The notes beneath the pieces were generated by a model. It searched no databases. It was not told where the DNA came from and saw only the letters and a program-made list of their open reading frames with translations. A stretch of 64,000 nt of DNA, taken from Trichinella spiralis. Its lineage: Eukaryota. Position numbers and translations under genes: made by a program. Below are positions 25,666 through 39,373 of this stretch, in pieces. Where the stretch lies: contig NW_003526941.1 in the NCBI RefSeq assembly GCF_000181795.1, positions 6,757,051-6,821,050 of the forward strand. The letters are read 5' to 3'. Position 1 is the stretch's first letter, and each line of letters opens with the position of its first letter.

Positions 25666-28600
25666 ATGAAAATGGCAGAAGTGGACGTCGTTGACGTTCC
25701 TCTTGCTACCGTTGACGAAGATATTGAGGACATTTCGGCCAGTCAGCTTGAAGACGCTACAGGCAACGATATTTCTGATCAATTGAGCAGTTGCAGCATG
25801 AATTCTTCCCATAATGCGAACAATAAGAAGCAGCTACGTACTGGTCAGTTTGACATTGACAGCTTTCAAGATAGCTTTTCTGACTCACTCGAAGATTTGG
25901 TTTCTCATTTTGACAAAAAAATTTCTGATTGTTTGAAAAATTTCAACGAAAATACAGATAATATTGCTCCTGTTCAAATGCGCTCTCAAGACGAAGTTAT
26001 GAACGAATCACAGTAAGTTTTATTATTTTTTCATCATGTTTGTTTGTTTGCATTATATGTAAATAATTAGGCAATTGTTCAATACAGACCAAGCAAAAAT
26101 TAATATTATTTAAAGTCAAGTAAATTGATTGAGTAATGCATTCTCTCTTTTTTTTGTTTCATCTTTTACGTGATACATAAAAAATGATCGCTTTTGAAGC
26201 TTGCAAACAGATGCAAATTGCAGTTTCTACATAGTGGATATATACTTTGTTTCTATAATTAAAGTAGTGGTGGGTATTTCTATATCGACGTTTGCTATCT
26301 AATTTTTCACGGGAAACTCTGCAACAGGTGTTTTCGGGGATGAGTGATAGAGCATTTGCTCGACGTCGAAGCTGTTGCTATGTTGCATCGATCGTGAAAC
26401 AGTGCAGCAGTTTTCAGGATATATGTGTATATACTTAATGCTGTTTTTCTTTCAACTTTTCCACTGACAAACTTGAAGAATGGTTTATCGTGAATTTAGA
26501 AATTGAAAAAGGGAATTTTTTATTTTGCTATTTATTTGTTCGTTGATCAAGTCAGACAGTATTCAAACGAATAAAACAGTTTTTTAATGTTCAGTTTGTC
26601 CTATTTTAGTTCTTTTATTATTAAAATAGTCATTGATCGATTTTATCAATTAATGTTAGCAGTGTTTTAAAGATATTTCCAACTGCATGATCATTATTGC
26701 AGTGGTTGTAATTGTTAAAATTGCCCAGTGCACTTTAGGAGCAAGCATTCAGTGTGCCATAATAATGGCTTCACGGAAACGTACAAAATTGATTTTTTGT
26801 AAGATTGGATGATTCATTATAATTTTCTTGAGCTTTTTTTCTTAAAACCTTATTTTGCTTAGCTTTTTACATATTATTACCTCGTTTTTTTTTAATTTTT
26901 AAAGTCCATTGTGATAAATTTACATTAGTTGGAAGAAATTGAATAAGTAAGTGATTTTGAAATTAAATTTGAATTTATTATTATCATTATTCCATTTATT
27001 TACTTGAAAGTGGGTTTATTATATGCTTTTAATGTTGGTTGACTTGACATTAAGCATTCATTTTTATTGATAGCAAAACAACAGAAAAAAGTAGACTCTT
27101 ATTTGTTACATTGAGGTTGTTTTGAAATAAATGATTTGAACATTTTTAATCGATCGGTTTTCAATAATGATTTCAACTTTGAAATTAAAATTTTGAATTT
27201 CCAATTTACTATTAATACATGTGCAAATTTCAGAATGACACTTTGATTGTGATTCGATTAGACAGTTTAGTTTAAAGTTAAGATCTCTACGCTGATTGCA
27301 TGCTAATTTCACTGTTTCCCTTGGACTGGAATAGTTTGACATTTGAAAATATTCTATTCCATTCTATATGTTCAATAGTGGATTGGATATTTATTTTCAT
27401 TTTTGTCGTTTAATTTGTTTCCCATTTGAATAGTTGAAAATGATAATCAGTGTAATTGGACACAGGCGATAGTAATAGCTTGTTTTTATTGCCCACTACA
27501 CGGATGTATATATTTGCATGTTGTGGTTTGGCGTTTCAAATTGGCCAAGTTTCGTCGAATTAGCTTGTCAAACTACTCTCAGATGAACAAGTGGAAGTGT
27601 CCAGTTGCGGCAGTTTGAAAATTTTGTCGATCTTGATATCCAATTTTGACCACGAGCTAGCTAGCTAGCTAGCTATTTCGAATTTTATTTCAAATTTAGC
27701 TGTCTAGCTGGCTGGTCAAATTGTGCGACCGACTAGCTTGTAAATAGTAAAAGCCGTCTTCTCGTCGACTTGTGTGTTATTCATCGATTTTTAGTGGCGG
27801 CAAAGTTTTCTCTTTGTCACAGAGGCGGTGTTTGGAATGACACTGACTTCAGGGACATCGGTCTTACATGTCAAGGGGGCATGATTGTTTTAAGCTTCAC
27901 AGCTTGGGCAGTTTGCTTTGTTGATTCGATCATATCTTGCTTAATTCGCACTATCGTACCAAATAATGATAAATACGTGCACATTGTACAGTGGATCAAT
28001 AATCAAATTCTTGCCCGATTGAAATTAACTTTTTATAATATCTTCTACCACTTTTATTTGCCAATAATTCAACGAACAATTAATTAATAGTGAAAATTTA
28101 CAAAATGTATAAAAATAAATGATATGAGAAAAGGAAGAGAAGAATGTTAAAACGATAAAAATTGCTTATTATTATTATTATTATTATTTATTGATTGATG
28201 ACGAATTAAAATGGAAGATGGAAATGGATGATTTTAGAGAGTTGTTTATTGATCGGTGATTTCATAATCAGATGATGATTTGTATTGCATTCGTTATAAA
28301 AGAAAGAAAGAAAGAAATAGCGGCACGTGATTACGTTTCGCGTAATTTGGATTGGAATTTGTGTTTTTCTGTGTTTTTGAAACTTTTTCCTTTCGTTTGC
28401 TGCGGACGTCAATTTTAATAAATGCTTCATACATAATAGCAGCTTCGAGTAACTTCGAACGTCTGCTCATTCGTCTCGATGGCCAATTGATCCACTTTTC
28501 TAATTTCAATTTATTCCCTCAGAATTTCAATTTTTCCTCACCAAAATGTTTTCTATTTTTAATTTCAGTTTGTTAATTAATTTCTTAACGGATATTATTT

Positions 28601-30509
28601 CAAATTGACACTTTATGAACAACGGCAATGAAATTTTTGTTTTGATTATTTTCAATTTTCAAGCCCATTTTTAATTCCAATTTGAATTGGATGAAATGAA
28701 ACAATTGTAATAACATTTCAGAATGGAAATGATGATTAAGTTGATCACATTTCAGAATGAAAATTTTGCCAACAGTTTTTGATCATATTGTTTAGAAAAG
28801 CGATTGATTGATGAAAAATGAAACTACGTTTGACGGGCTTGTCGATTTAAGCAATTCAAAACCGACACTGATAGCATCAGCGCTATCATTATTGGCAAAT
28901 GAAATTAATATGCATTTGTTTACATATTGTTTGTGCTAGCTTTGGCATATTTTGAATTCACTTTTTTTTTTGCTTTTTCGTCTCATATCAAGAAATTGAT
29001 ATATTACTTGATTATTATTATTTTATGATGTCGAATGTAAAGTTTAATTATTTATAAAATATAAATAGTTGTTGTTTATTATTATTATTATTAGAATTTG
29101 GTGGACATTAACCGGTAATTTTGGCAACATTTTGCCTATCGATTGGTCGAGATCGTACACGCACAATTTGCAACTTTCCGCCTTGAAACTACTGCCAAAA
29201 TCGGTAAAATGACTACAGTATGCTTTAAAAATATATTCTCACAATATTGATTGGAAAATTTTTTTCAACATTTTCTTTTATTGAATTAAAAAAAAAGGAT
29301 AATTTCATTTCTTTTTTTTTGTTAAGGAGGAAAAAAAGAAAAATACAAATGAAAATTCAGACGATGAATTGGGTGATTCATTGGACTATCACGACATGGT
29401 CGTTTCGTCCGTATCTCCGTACGGTTCATCACCGCAAACTGCTGAACAAGTCATTGAAGAAATTGATGAAATTATGCAGGTCGGATGTTTGAATTTAAAT
29501 TAAATTAAAAGAGGAAAAAGAATATTTTGTGAATAAATTTTTTTAGCAGTCTGGTATAAGTGAATTGACCGGAACAAGTGATGTGACAATGGATTCCGTT
29601 GATTCAATGTATTCGCCGTTGAAACCGCCCGCTTCCATGCTAAACAGTATTGTAGCCGACGAAGTGGACATCTATTCACGCATCAATGAAGTTGCATCTA
29701 TTGGCAGCAACAAAGAAAGTGAGTACAGATTCACTTTTTTTTTCTGTCTTTCATATTATAAACAATATTTTTATGTATTATTATATTTTTTTTCCTTTTA
29801 TGTGCAGCTAGTAGTAGTGATTTAGGTAAGCAGAAGTGTTTGTCTGTGCGCTTGTGTTGTTGTCATTTGTTGTTGTTCGTTTAATATCAATTGCATGTAA
29901 ATATGATGCATTTGCAGAGTTACAAGAGTTGCCTTACAAAAGGCTGTTGGCTCTTCAGCTTGAATTGGAGACGATGATTCAGATTTATAACGAGAGTTTA
30001 GTACAAGAATTGGCATTGCGTGACGAGCTCGAATATGAAAAAGAGCTCAAGAATACGTTCATTTCTTTGTTGTTGGGTATTCAGCAGAAACGTCGTCAAT
30101 GGTTCAACGAGTGCAAGAGAAAAAATTCAAAAAATGGTGTTTCCGTTACTTTGCCAGAAGGTTATCAACCTCAATATTTGACTGCATGTATCCCGTATCG
30201 TGAAAATCAGCCGGTGCCTGACAACGCTACATTTCAAGCTTTGATCAAAAGTATTCACATTTTATTTATTATCATTGTTGTTCTTTTTTTACGCTGTCGT
30301 CCTCCATGGTGTAGATAACATTTTTTTGTTCATTTTAAAGTATTGAAGGCGGTCAATGAAGACAGTCCAACTGTACCGAATTTGCTTACCAATTACATAT
30401 TAAATGGTAAGAAATAATTTCAAGTTTAATAATTTGTGTATTACCAAAAATTTTTTGTATTACAATTGTTTGTCTAGTGTTTTGTCCGTATGGAAAGACA
30501 GCAACTTGA
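25666..30509 (+). CDS. unc-76: UNC-76 / FEZ (zygin) kinesin-1 adaptor
   Basis: SDSLEDLVSHFDKKISDC; IWWTLTGNFGNILPIDWSRSY (29095-29203); TAEQVIEEIDEIMQ; ESLVQELALRDELEYEKELKNTFISLLL; YLTACIPY; EDSPTVPNLLTNYILNVFCP; 7 exons with a 3.1-kb first intron. Confidence 0.95.
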
Positions 30510-32404
30510 ACGGACTTTATACACAAATGCTTGCTGACCATGAAAGTATTGGCTTCGCCGAATTTGTGTAATTTGCATACTTAAGACGATTTCAGAATTT
30601 TTTCCCTGTGAATTTTTGGCAGTACGAATTATCTTTTCTCAATTTTTTGCTTATTGGTGCTTCTGTACCTGTTTTTCTTTTCTTTTACGATATTGCTTTA
30701 ATGTGTTAATTTTCCGTCCATTTAGAGACTTCTCATTTAACGATCTCTTTATTTTTACTTTTGCATTTGCTTTTTTAACATTATTTTTTTCATTTGCTGA
30801 GAGTTTGTGATGCATTTTGAAAATATCGTTTGTTTCAACATGCAGCAGCAGCTTGTTCAATCAAAATGAAAATTTTTCTTTCTTATAATTCATAATGATT
30901 CTGTTGTCAGTCAGTGATAGATGTGAATTGTATTCCGATTTGCAGCATTGTACAGTCTGCGTTTGTCAATCAGTAGGCAAATTTGTTAAATAAAATTGAA
31001 AGTGAAATTGAAAACTCCCAGAAGCTTTTACGTTGGAGTCCCTCAGTACACTTACCGTACCCAGTGTTCTTTTTTTTCTATTTCATTACGTAAGCATGAC
31101 GATGGAATTTTTGATATAATCAATAAATAATTGGAAAATTGAAATCAACGTAAGAAAAATTTAAGCGTTTTTTTCCTGATTTCAAATGTTCAAGTTAAGA
31201 AAGAACGTTTTTATGCAAATCAAAATAAATGGAACATTACAAAATTTTTTTGTGCGAAACTACAGTTGCTCACTTGATGATCATAAACACATCAGAGAAG
31301 CATTGTATTTTAAATATTTTTAAATTATAATTTAATTTAAGCAATGTTTTATACAAATTCTTTAGAAGAAAATAATACAAAACATGACAACATTTACCGT
31401 AAGCAACTGTTTGTTATTTCAAAAAAGTTTCACGTGATGAAGCATTGTAAAAATTGTTTTTTTAAATATTTGTTCGAAAAAAGCAAATAATACAGCAATG
31501 GTATGTTTACAGTATTGTATTAAGTTTAGCATAATTGTTTTTTATCAGTTAAGAATTCAAATTTCAAATTATGAATACTTGAAAATCAAAAAACAAATAT
31601 TTCCACTATGTACAATACCGGTTGGTGAATTTGTACGTGAAAAATGCGCCAACAGATTTGTTCAAATTTAAGGTACGATTTGTATTATTTGTTGGAACAA
31701 AAATTTTAATGAAAAAACTTACATTAAAATTTTGTTTTGAAGAATTTTTTGATTGTTAAAATAGTTTTAATATTTCAAATTGAAATTGTCATAAAAATCG
31801 AATTAATAATGCGCGTGTGGGTTTCTCCCGAATATTGTTAAATGTAAAAAAAATATTTTTTTGACAATGATAATGTTGTTGATATTTGTGAAATGCAATT
31901 TATCCATTTCAATATTTCATTCTGTTATTTCTAGAATTGCGGAAGAGAAATTTCAAATAGTCAGTCGTCAGAAGAACAAGCATGAAAATGTTCGCAGGGA
32001 TTTTTTTTAATTCAACAATTTGAATGAAAATGAAGAAAAAAAAAGAAATAAAAGGACAAGGGAAATTGTTTGCATAAAATTTCCATTCCAACCGAGGAGC
32101 CGTTTTGAGATTTGATCCGAAAGCAGTGGCAATCAAAATGCAGATTAGCAGCATAGATAATGGCGAACGATTTTGCACAATTATCGTCGAAACTGCACTG
32201 ATTGATTGATTAGCTGTCTTGGTTTTGGCTTTTCCATTTAAACGATTATTGCCTATTAGCGATGATCAAATGGAAGAAAAGAATAATAATTTCAAAAAAG
32301 AAGTTGGAAAAAGTTACAAATCTGCTACAAAGATTAGTTGAATAAAAAAAAATGTCGAAGTGGGCAAATGTAGTGAATGTTCACAGGTGGAATTNNNNNN
32401 NNNN

Positions 32405-32643
32405 ACTCTAAATTTTGCATGCGCCTATCTTAATACACAGGAAGGCATCCCATCTGGAACTGCCTTGAAATGGGTTCAGGATGGTTGAATTTTGGTATAG
32501 GAAACGTATTTTACATTATAGTGAGGTATTCGATGAAACTGCGTGTCTTTTGCGATAATTATTTGTTTGGGGCAAGTCGATTTTTCTTCATTTTTCGTCC
32601 ATTTGGAATAAATTTATAAACATTGTGTCAGGACGGATTGAAA
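32405..32643 (+). repeat. Partial copy of the 47581-47821 repeat unit, next to a gap
   Basis: actctaaattttgcatgcgcctatc...gaaatg matches 47581-47821 with a few substitutions. Confidence 0.85.
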
Positions 32644-33733
32644 TGTAAATACAATCTAAATTTGATTACAAATTGTAATTCCACTGACATTTTCGCACTT
32701 TACCAGTTCTTGTTCTGGTATAGTTTTATTGAATGGTTGACTTTGCCATTAGTCTTGATTTTTTCATCCTTAGCTTGCAAAAACTTTTTCACAATTTTGT
32801 GATTGGCTGTTCGTTTATAGGTTGAAATAGTTTTGTCATTAATTGGCTGATGAATTGTGCAATGTTATTAGTTACTCAATTTTCATCAGCAATTGGACGA
32901 ATGTGTAGTAATATTTGATTAGCTCCTTAATTCTGTTCATTGATTGGGTGATTATTTTTCATCAAAGCTTTCCCCCAATATATATTGCATTACTGCTCAA
33001 TTATCTTATAGCTTGGTAGCAGTAGTTTGGTGCAATATTTTAGATGTTTATTTAATCTGATTTTCCTTTATTTACATTCATAAGGAGCAACAGGTGTTTA
33101 AATCAACATTCAAAAGGAAATTCATTTACAATGCATAATATTATATGAAGGTTGAATACAAACGTAATAACTTTTATAATTAGTAAAATTTTCCTTTGTA
33201 TTGATGTCATTCCGCCATCACCGCTATACGTGCGGTGATTTCAACTGGGCTGAGCTAACTATTCTAATTTCTTGGACTTGATCTTGATCCAATTTTAAAA
33301 ATGTCGTCCTCATGGTTATTTAGTTAATCATTGCATTGATCAGCAGTCAAGAAGCGCGTTGAGCTCTTTTCCTCAATACCATTTTCAGTTAGATGGTAAG
33401 TGATATTTCATTCCTGAGCTTCTGTTCTATTCATAAATGGTTCACATCAAGCAACCTGTTAATCACAAATGGAGGGTGAACAATATGGTGCAATTTTCAT
33501 GTACTGAAGAATCCTTGAGAAACTTGCTGAATAATTGATGAACGAAGTTGCTTTGCGTTTTACCTTTTTTTTCTGCATAAAGCAATATGAGTAGTAAGAG
33601 GAAGTTTTCACTTGATCGGTTGGTGGTTGTTCATCCAAGAATGCAAGTAGACAATCCCTGCTTTACGATACTTCTAACAGCGTATAGTGTAGTTTGGAAT
33701 AGAAAAAGAAGTTGTGCTCGTTCAGCAATTAAT

Positions 33734-36388
33734 CTGCAAAGTATTATCATCGTGCTAGTACAGCCTCTGTTACGTAATACACTATTTTATACTTCTTTAA
33801 TTTACGCCATAACATTATTTGTGACAGATAGTGGCTTCGATCTGTAACGTATTCAGCATTTTGTTGTTGTTCAGCAATTATTATAACCTTTGGCATTGGA
33901 TCATTGCATTGTTATACGTTTTCATACATGCATTTCTAGGTCAGAAGAGTAACTTTATGCAAATGTGTTGGTGAGCACAGCCGTTGGCATTCTGCTACGT
34001 GCACTTTGTGCTATTCAAATACGGAAACATTGTTCATCATATAAATTTCTGTTTATTGAGAGAACTGCACTATGGTATAAATGTTCGCTGCTGAAGGGCG
34101 GTCTAATTACTTACTGCACTGCGTTATTCGGTCATTTTCATGGTTCAGTTCAACAAATACGTTGTGATTGTTAGACTACAAATATGAAGAAACCACGAAC
34201 ATCAGTTACAAAATGTATGACTCTACGTTTGCCTTATACGTCATCCCTGATAGGTTTGCTGACAGGTATGAATTTTCATATATTTGCTATTTTTTCATAC
34301 AATTTTCTTTCTTTCTCTTGGCACACTGCACTAAACATGCGCGCTTTTAAAGCTTTTCGTAGTTGTTTGATTTTAGTCTTTTTGAATGGAAACTAGCGTG
34401 TTGTTCTTCAGTAATGATGTTCAACTAATATTCGAGCCTTTATTACGGCCAAGCCAATATATAATAGTACTAATGGTATATTTTGCTATAATTTTCAATC
34501 GTCCTTACAAATCCATTTGTAAAGTAGTACTCTGACATAGCGGTTCAACCCCTCCCGCATTATCTTTACTGTCCACTGTATTGTTTATTGCTAAGGTAAC
34601 ATACTTGCCCAGTTGTTTAAAGGAAATGTCTGTCACCGGGATACTGCAGTCGCACAATCGCACCCCTAAATGCTTGTCACTGCTCAAATCGTGCACAAGA
34701 TTGTTTCAGCATGACATAGGAAAGCTGCTGTTAGCTAGAGAACACACTTTTATACTACCACCTTTTATATTTTCACAATGGCAGTAACGTTCCCTTCATT
34801 TTTGAAATGACTCCTTTAAGTTTTTATTATGTTATTGTACCGCCAATAGCACTGACTTATACAGATGCACCTATTTTATGTCATTGAGAAAATAACTCAA
34901 TGCCCATCAATGTTATCAGTATTGATATATGAACCTACGCCTGAATATTATACGTGAAGATTGAGTGGAAGAAAGCATATGACAACTTCCACCTCCTCCA
35001 TCCCTCAACTTCTTACTCATTCCTTCCTGCTATGCTGTCCCGCCCCCCTTGCCTTTCTAATCATCCCCATCATTGAGGAGTAATAATACTAAGCTGAACA
35101 GAGATTACATTAAACTGAAAATGCTGCCCCTCCCCCCCTATTTTGAGCTGAATGAACAGCACTTAGCTGTTTTTATCTCATATAAATCTAATTTCTCATA
35201 ATTGCTGTCGACCATCAATATAACCAAATCCAGGCTACTTCTGATTCTTTTGTTTTATTCTTTTCATGAAATGCAATACAGGATTGTCACCCGCATAAGT
35301 TTCTTCAATTCATTGCAAATCGTTGAGTTACTTAATTTATGCAGGTAGGTTTATCTCACATTGTATGTGGCGCGCTGATACAGTGCTCAACCAAGTTTGC
35401 AGTCTTACTATAAATCATCATAAGGTGTAAACAAAAGTTTAGTTAAAACAAAATTTTAATAGTAAATAAGCTGTCAAGTGGCATACCCACTGGTGCAGTT
35501 GCTTTCCATCATAATGTCTACGCTGTGCACTTGTTAAATTCTGTGCTGAGATAAATTGTATATTATAAAATTTCTGTCGCCGTTATCATCATAAAATTTC
35601 ATGAAAACTGTTTAATTTTCCATAAATCTGAAAAAGTATTTTATTTTCGAAACTATTTTCAGTGGAAGCTATTTTTTATGATCCATATAATTTTGATTAG
35701 ATGAAAAACATTGATGAAATATAAATTGTTGAATCACGTTGTACTTTCAAGCAACTAAATTATACAACATGCATAAATACGTAGTGATAGCATTTCCGTT
35801 TATTTTTAGTAATTTGCGATGCTTCAGGTTAATAATATTTCCTCTTAGGTAATTTTAGGGAAAAAAATTTGCATAACAATGCCATATTACGTAGTAATAT
35901 GAAGTGTGTAAATAGAAACGTAATAAATTTCATCGTTTCGTTTCATAATGTTGCTCATATTGTTCATTTTAGTGCGCTATTACTGATGGAAAATTAGGTT
36001 GCTCTTCGTGAAGCAAAGTAAATAGTCATTTGCATAATTTACTTATTATACAATTGACCAAGCACATTGATTTTATTAGGTTATGCAGTTCACTGCAATG
36101 CTATCAATCTAGCACGTGGTCAACTATAAGTTCGCTCTTCAACACCATCCATGAATAAATGGTGAGTTGGTTTTGGTATTTTGGTGGTGGCATGCTATGC
36201 ATGTTACTTTACATATATGGTGAATGGAAACTGGCGGGTGTCTTTCTAGTGTTATTATTGCTAAGTTTTAGATACATCGGATGCTGAAGACGAAGAAGTA
36301 TCTATTTCTGTTTTTTATTTATAGATGACTGCGTTAATGTAATTCAATTTTAGAATTTACATTATTTTTTATTCATATCAATGAATAT
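33734..36388 (+). repeat. Left arm (about 2.65 kb) of a large inverted repeat
   Basis: Reverse complement of 41616-44326. Outer edge ctgcaaagtattatcatcgtgctagtacagcc pairs with ggctgtactagcacgatgataatactttgcag; inner edge is attcatatcaatgaatat. Confidence 0.92.
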
Positions 36389-36834
36389 GAAACAACCAAA
36401 TTCTGAAAACTAACTGAATATGGTAACTATGCATCATAATGAATATGCTTTGCCTTTTACTTGAATTTTTCTGTTAAATTTAAGTTGTAGGTTGCAGTGC
36501 CATTAGCGCCGCATTGCTTTCATTCTAACAGTAGCACTAATGTTAAATTATCATATATATGATATCATAGATTAGGTGCGCTTGATTCAATTCTTTTAAG
36601 AATTGAAAATTACATTTGCTTTGCTACATTTTGAAAATGCCCACATGCAATCTATTATCAGTAAAGACAGGTAAAAGTTGTTGAAAAGTGGTTGTTGGAG
36701 TTGCTGACATAGCGTTCAAAAAACGTATGACAAAAAACAGTAAGTGTTGAATTTGTTTAATTAAATACCAAGACGATAGGCGTATTAGATATAGGAAGAA
36801 TTAGGTAACTTCTGTAATTACAGATTACGTCATC

Positions 36835-37930
36835 AGCTGAGTTTTTATGGTGTTGCTTTTGCTCTGGGCAACGTGGTAAGTCATGTTCACATCATTTCGT
36901 TCTAAATTTGGCATCACAAACATCCGTAAGTATTGAATTTGCTCCTGATTGCAGTTGGATCGTACAGTGTTTGGTGCGATGACGTTTCCAAGTTGTTCTA
37001 GTGTGGTTTTACTTATCATAAAAGTAAGATCGAATGGATTGTAATTGTAGCAGATTTCGCTGAGTCAGTCGAGCAGCATTCGTACAAATCCTGACAACGT
37101 ATTGGTGCTTGTTGCTGTCAGTGCGTTTCCAATGTGATATGACTAAAATTAGTGAGAGGCTTTTGTTTATAGTAGCTGTGGATTACGTCATCCCTTGAAG
37201 CTTGTACCGTTTGCAACCCTTGTTCACATGGACATAAAGTCTTTTCCTAGCCGTCCCAGTGTGCCTTTGTTTATCACAGATAGTATCGTTCATCAGTAAG
37301 TATTGAATTTAATTAGATAGCTGGAAGATGCGAGTGTTACATGGATTAAATTTAATTAGATTAAATTAAATTTCAATATCTATCTGAATATGAATACATG
37401 AATATCTATAATAACAGATAACATCATTAGCTGAACTGTTTACAAGTTCCTTTCGTTCTGGACGCCGTGATTAGTCATGTTCACATTGGTTTGTTCTAAA
37501 TGTGGCATCAAAAACATGCGTAAGTATTTAACTTGCTCCTGATTGCAGTTGGATACGTAAAGTGTCCACATTTTATCTATGACAGCATTACATTAACATC
37601 AAGCGAATTCGATGTTTCTTCTGATATCCCTCTGAGTTGAAGTTGACGCAGTGACGTTCATCATTGGTACTAGTATGGTTTCACTTATCATAAGAACTAG
37701 AAAGAAATAAATGATTGTAATTCTAGCAGATTACGTTGAGACATTTGAGTAGCGCTGGTGCCCGTATAGATCTTTCGTCAATGCGTTTCCAATGTGATAT
37801 GACAAAAATTAGTAAGTAGTTTTTGTTTATAGTAGCTGTGGATTATGTGGTCTCATGAAGCCTGTACTGAGGTCAACCAGTGCTCACCTGGCGTTTTCTA
37901 GCCGTCCCAGTGTGCCTTTGCTTATCACAA
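36835..37930 (+). repeat. Diverged tandem duplication (about 36870-37280 vs 37470-37930) inside the palindrome spacer
   Basis: Shared blocks: gttctaaat(t/g)tggcatca, gctcctgattgcagttggat, tgcgtttccaatgtgatatgac, ttttgtttatagtagctgtggatta, ctagccgtcccagtgtgcctttg. Confidence 0.85.
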
Positions 37931-38494
37931 ATACTAAGAAGGAATTTGATATTGTGACAGCAATGTTAAATAATTAAATAAATAAATATTAAATATGTTA
38001 AATAAAGAGAACATGTCGCTGTACATCCCAGCATTTTGTTCTTGATAGCAATGGATTACGTCATCATCAGAAAATTTTTGTTTAGTCGCAGCTGATGGCA
38101 CTTTCAAATTGCGGTTCCTACGGTTCTGATGTTTTTCCTTGTCATGCAAGGTAAGGAAGAATTGCATTATTTTTTTGTAGGAGAACTGTTTTGTATTTAA
38201 TGTTTTAGTGCGTAACTGTGAAGACGAAAGCCGCATCTTGAATGATCTCCATCGAATAACGTAAGTGGTTATTTTTATTATGCTGCTGTTATTTATTTTT
38301 ATTATTATGTACCTGTATATCTATATATTCAATTCAACTATATTCAACTATGAATTTTAGAATCATGGCATGTCTTTTTAGAATCTTTTTTTTATTTTTA
38401 TTTTTTAGAATTTTTTCTCTTTTACAATCTCCATTAAGAGCACTAGGGATTTGATAGCGTAAAATACTGGTACGTAGCATCAAAGTAACAGCGC

Positions 38495-38697
38495 ACAGGT
38501 AAGTGGAATGCAGGTAAGTGGAGTCCAAGAGGATATTAAAGTGATTGCGTGCAGGTAAATGGACTGCAGGTAAGTACTGAAGGTAAGTACGATAACGTAG
38601 GTGCAGGTGAGTAAAATGAAAAGGTAAGTTGCAGGTAAGTATAAAGAATGATATCGTAGAGTTAAGTGGATTAAAGTAATAGGTATAGGTAAGTATG
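38495..38697 (+). repeat. Array of about 8-9 AG|GTAAGT 5' splice-site consensus motifs
   Basis: caggtaagtg (38496, 38511), caggtaaat, caggtaagta (38567, 38632), aggtaagta (38581), caggtgagt, aaggtaagt (38621), taggtaagta (38686). Confidence 0.9.
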
Positions 38698-38770
38698 AGG
38701 CGTTACTCTACGCTGAGTGCAGTACGGGAAAGTAGTGGGGTAATTGAAAGACGTAGACACAGCCGGGTGC

Positions 38771-39307
38771 TGAATTATGCAAATTTTCGAAAAAAATACC
38801 TGAGGGAATGCCCTGGGCATAGCCTGAAAGCAAAAGAAAATTTGCATATCCCCCCTGAAGGCAAATATTGTGCAATAAAATGCTTTCGGCGTAGCCTGCG
38901 GGAATATGCAAATTTTTATTTGCCCTGGGGCATAGCCTGAGGCGACGCCTGCGGCTAAATTTCAAAAAATTTCGAAATTTTCAAAAAATTGCCTGAGGCA
39001 TAGCCCCAGGCGTAGCCTGAGGGCATATAAAAATTTGCATATTGCCCTGAGGCGATTAAAAATTTGCATAAAACCCCCCTTAGGCCAAATTTTGTGCTAT
39101 AAATTGCCTGGGGAATAGCCTAAGGGCATATGCAAATTTTTATTTGCCCTGGGGCATAGCCTGAGGGCAAAGCCTGGGGCTATATTTTAAAAAATTCGAA
39201 ATTTTCAGAATTTTGCCTGAGGCATAGCCTTAGGGCAAATAAAAATTTGCATATTACCCATAGGCGATTAAAAATTTGCATAATTCATTAAATAAATCGC
39301 CTCAGGC
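38771..39307. repeat. Structured palindromic core: about 223-bp tandem units of GCC(T/C)NRGG(G)C and ATGCAAAT/ATTTGCAT motifs, bounded by 17-bp perfect inverted repeats
   Basis: tgaattatgcaaatttt (38771-38787) and aaaatttgcataattca (39271-39287). Each unit is a hairpin centred on ttcgaa (aaaatttcgaaatttt near 38967; near 39195). More than 15 gcctgaggc / gccctggggc-like motifs. Confidence 0.92.
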
Positions 39308-39373
39308 TTTTTAAAATTTAATTTTAATATTCACATTCAATTACACTTCATAAACCTATGTATGTGCCTTCAC

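Noticed and set aside
31909..32178. Secreted protein (signal-peptide-like MLLICILIATAFG)
   Set aside because: Non-ATG ORF start, AT-rich low-complexity continuation, and no convincing downstream exons. Not excluded, but unsupported.
38695..38965. ORFs across the palindromic core
   Set aside because: Short by-products of the GC-rich repeats, with no protein features.
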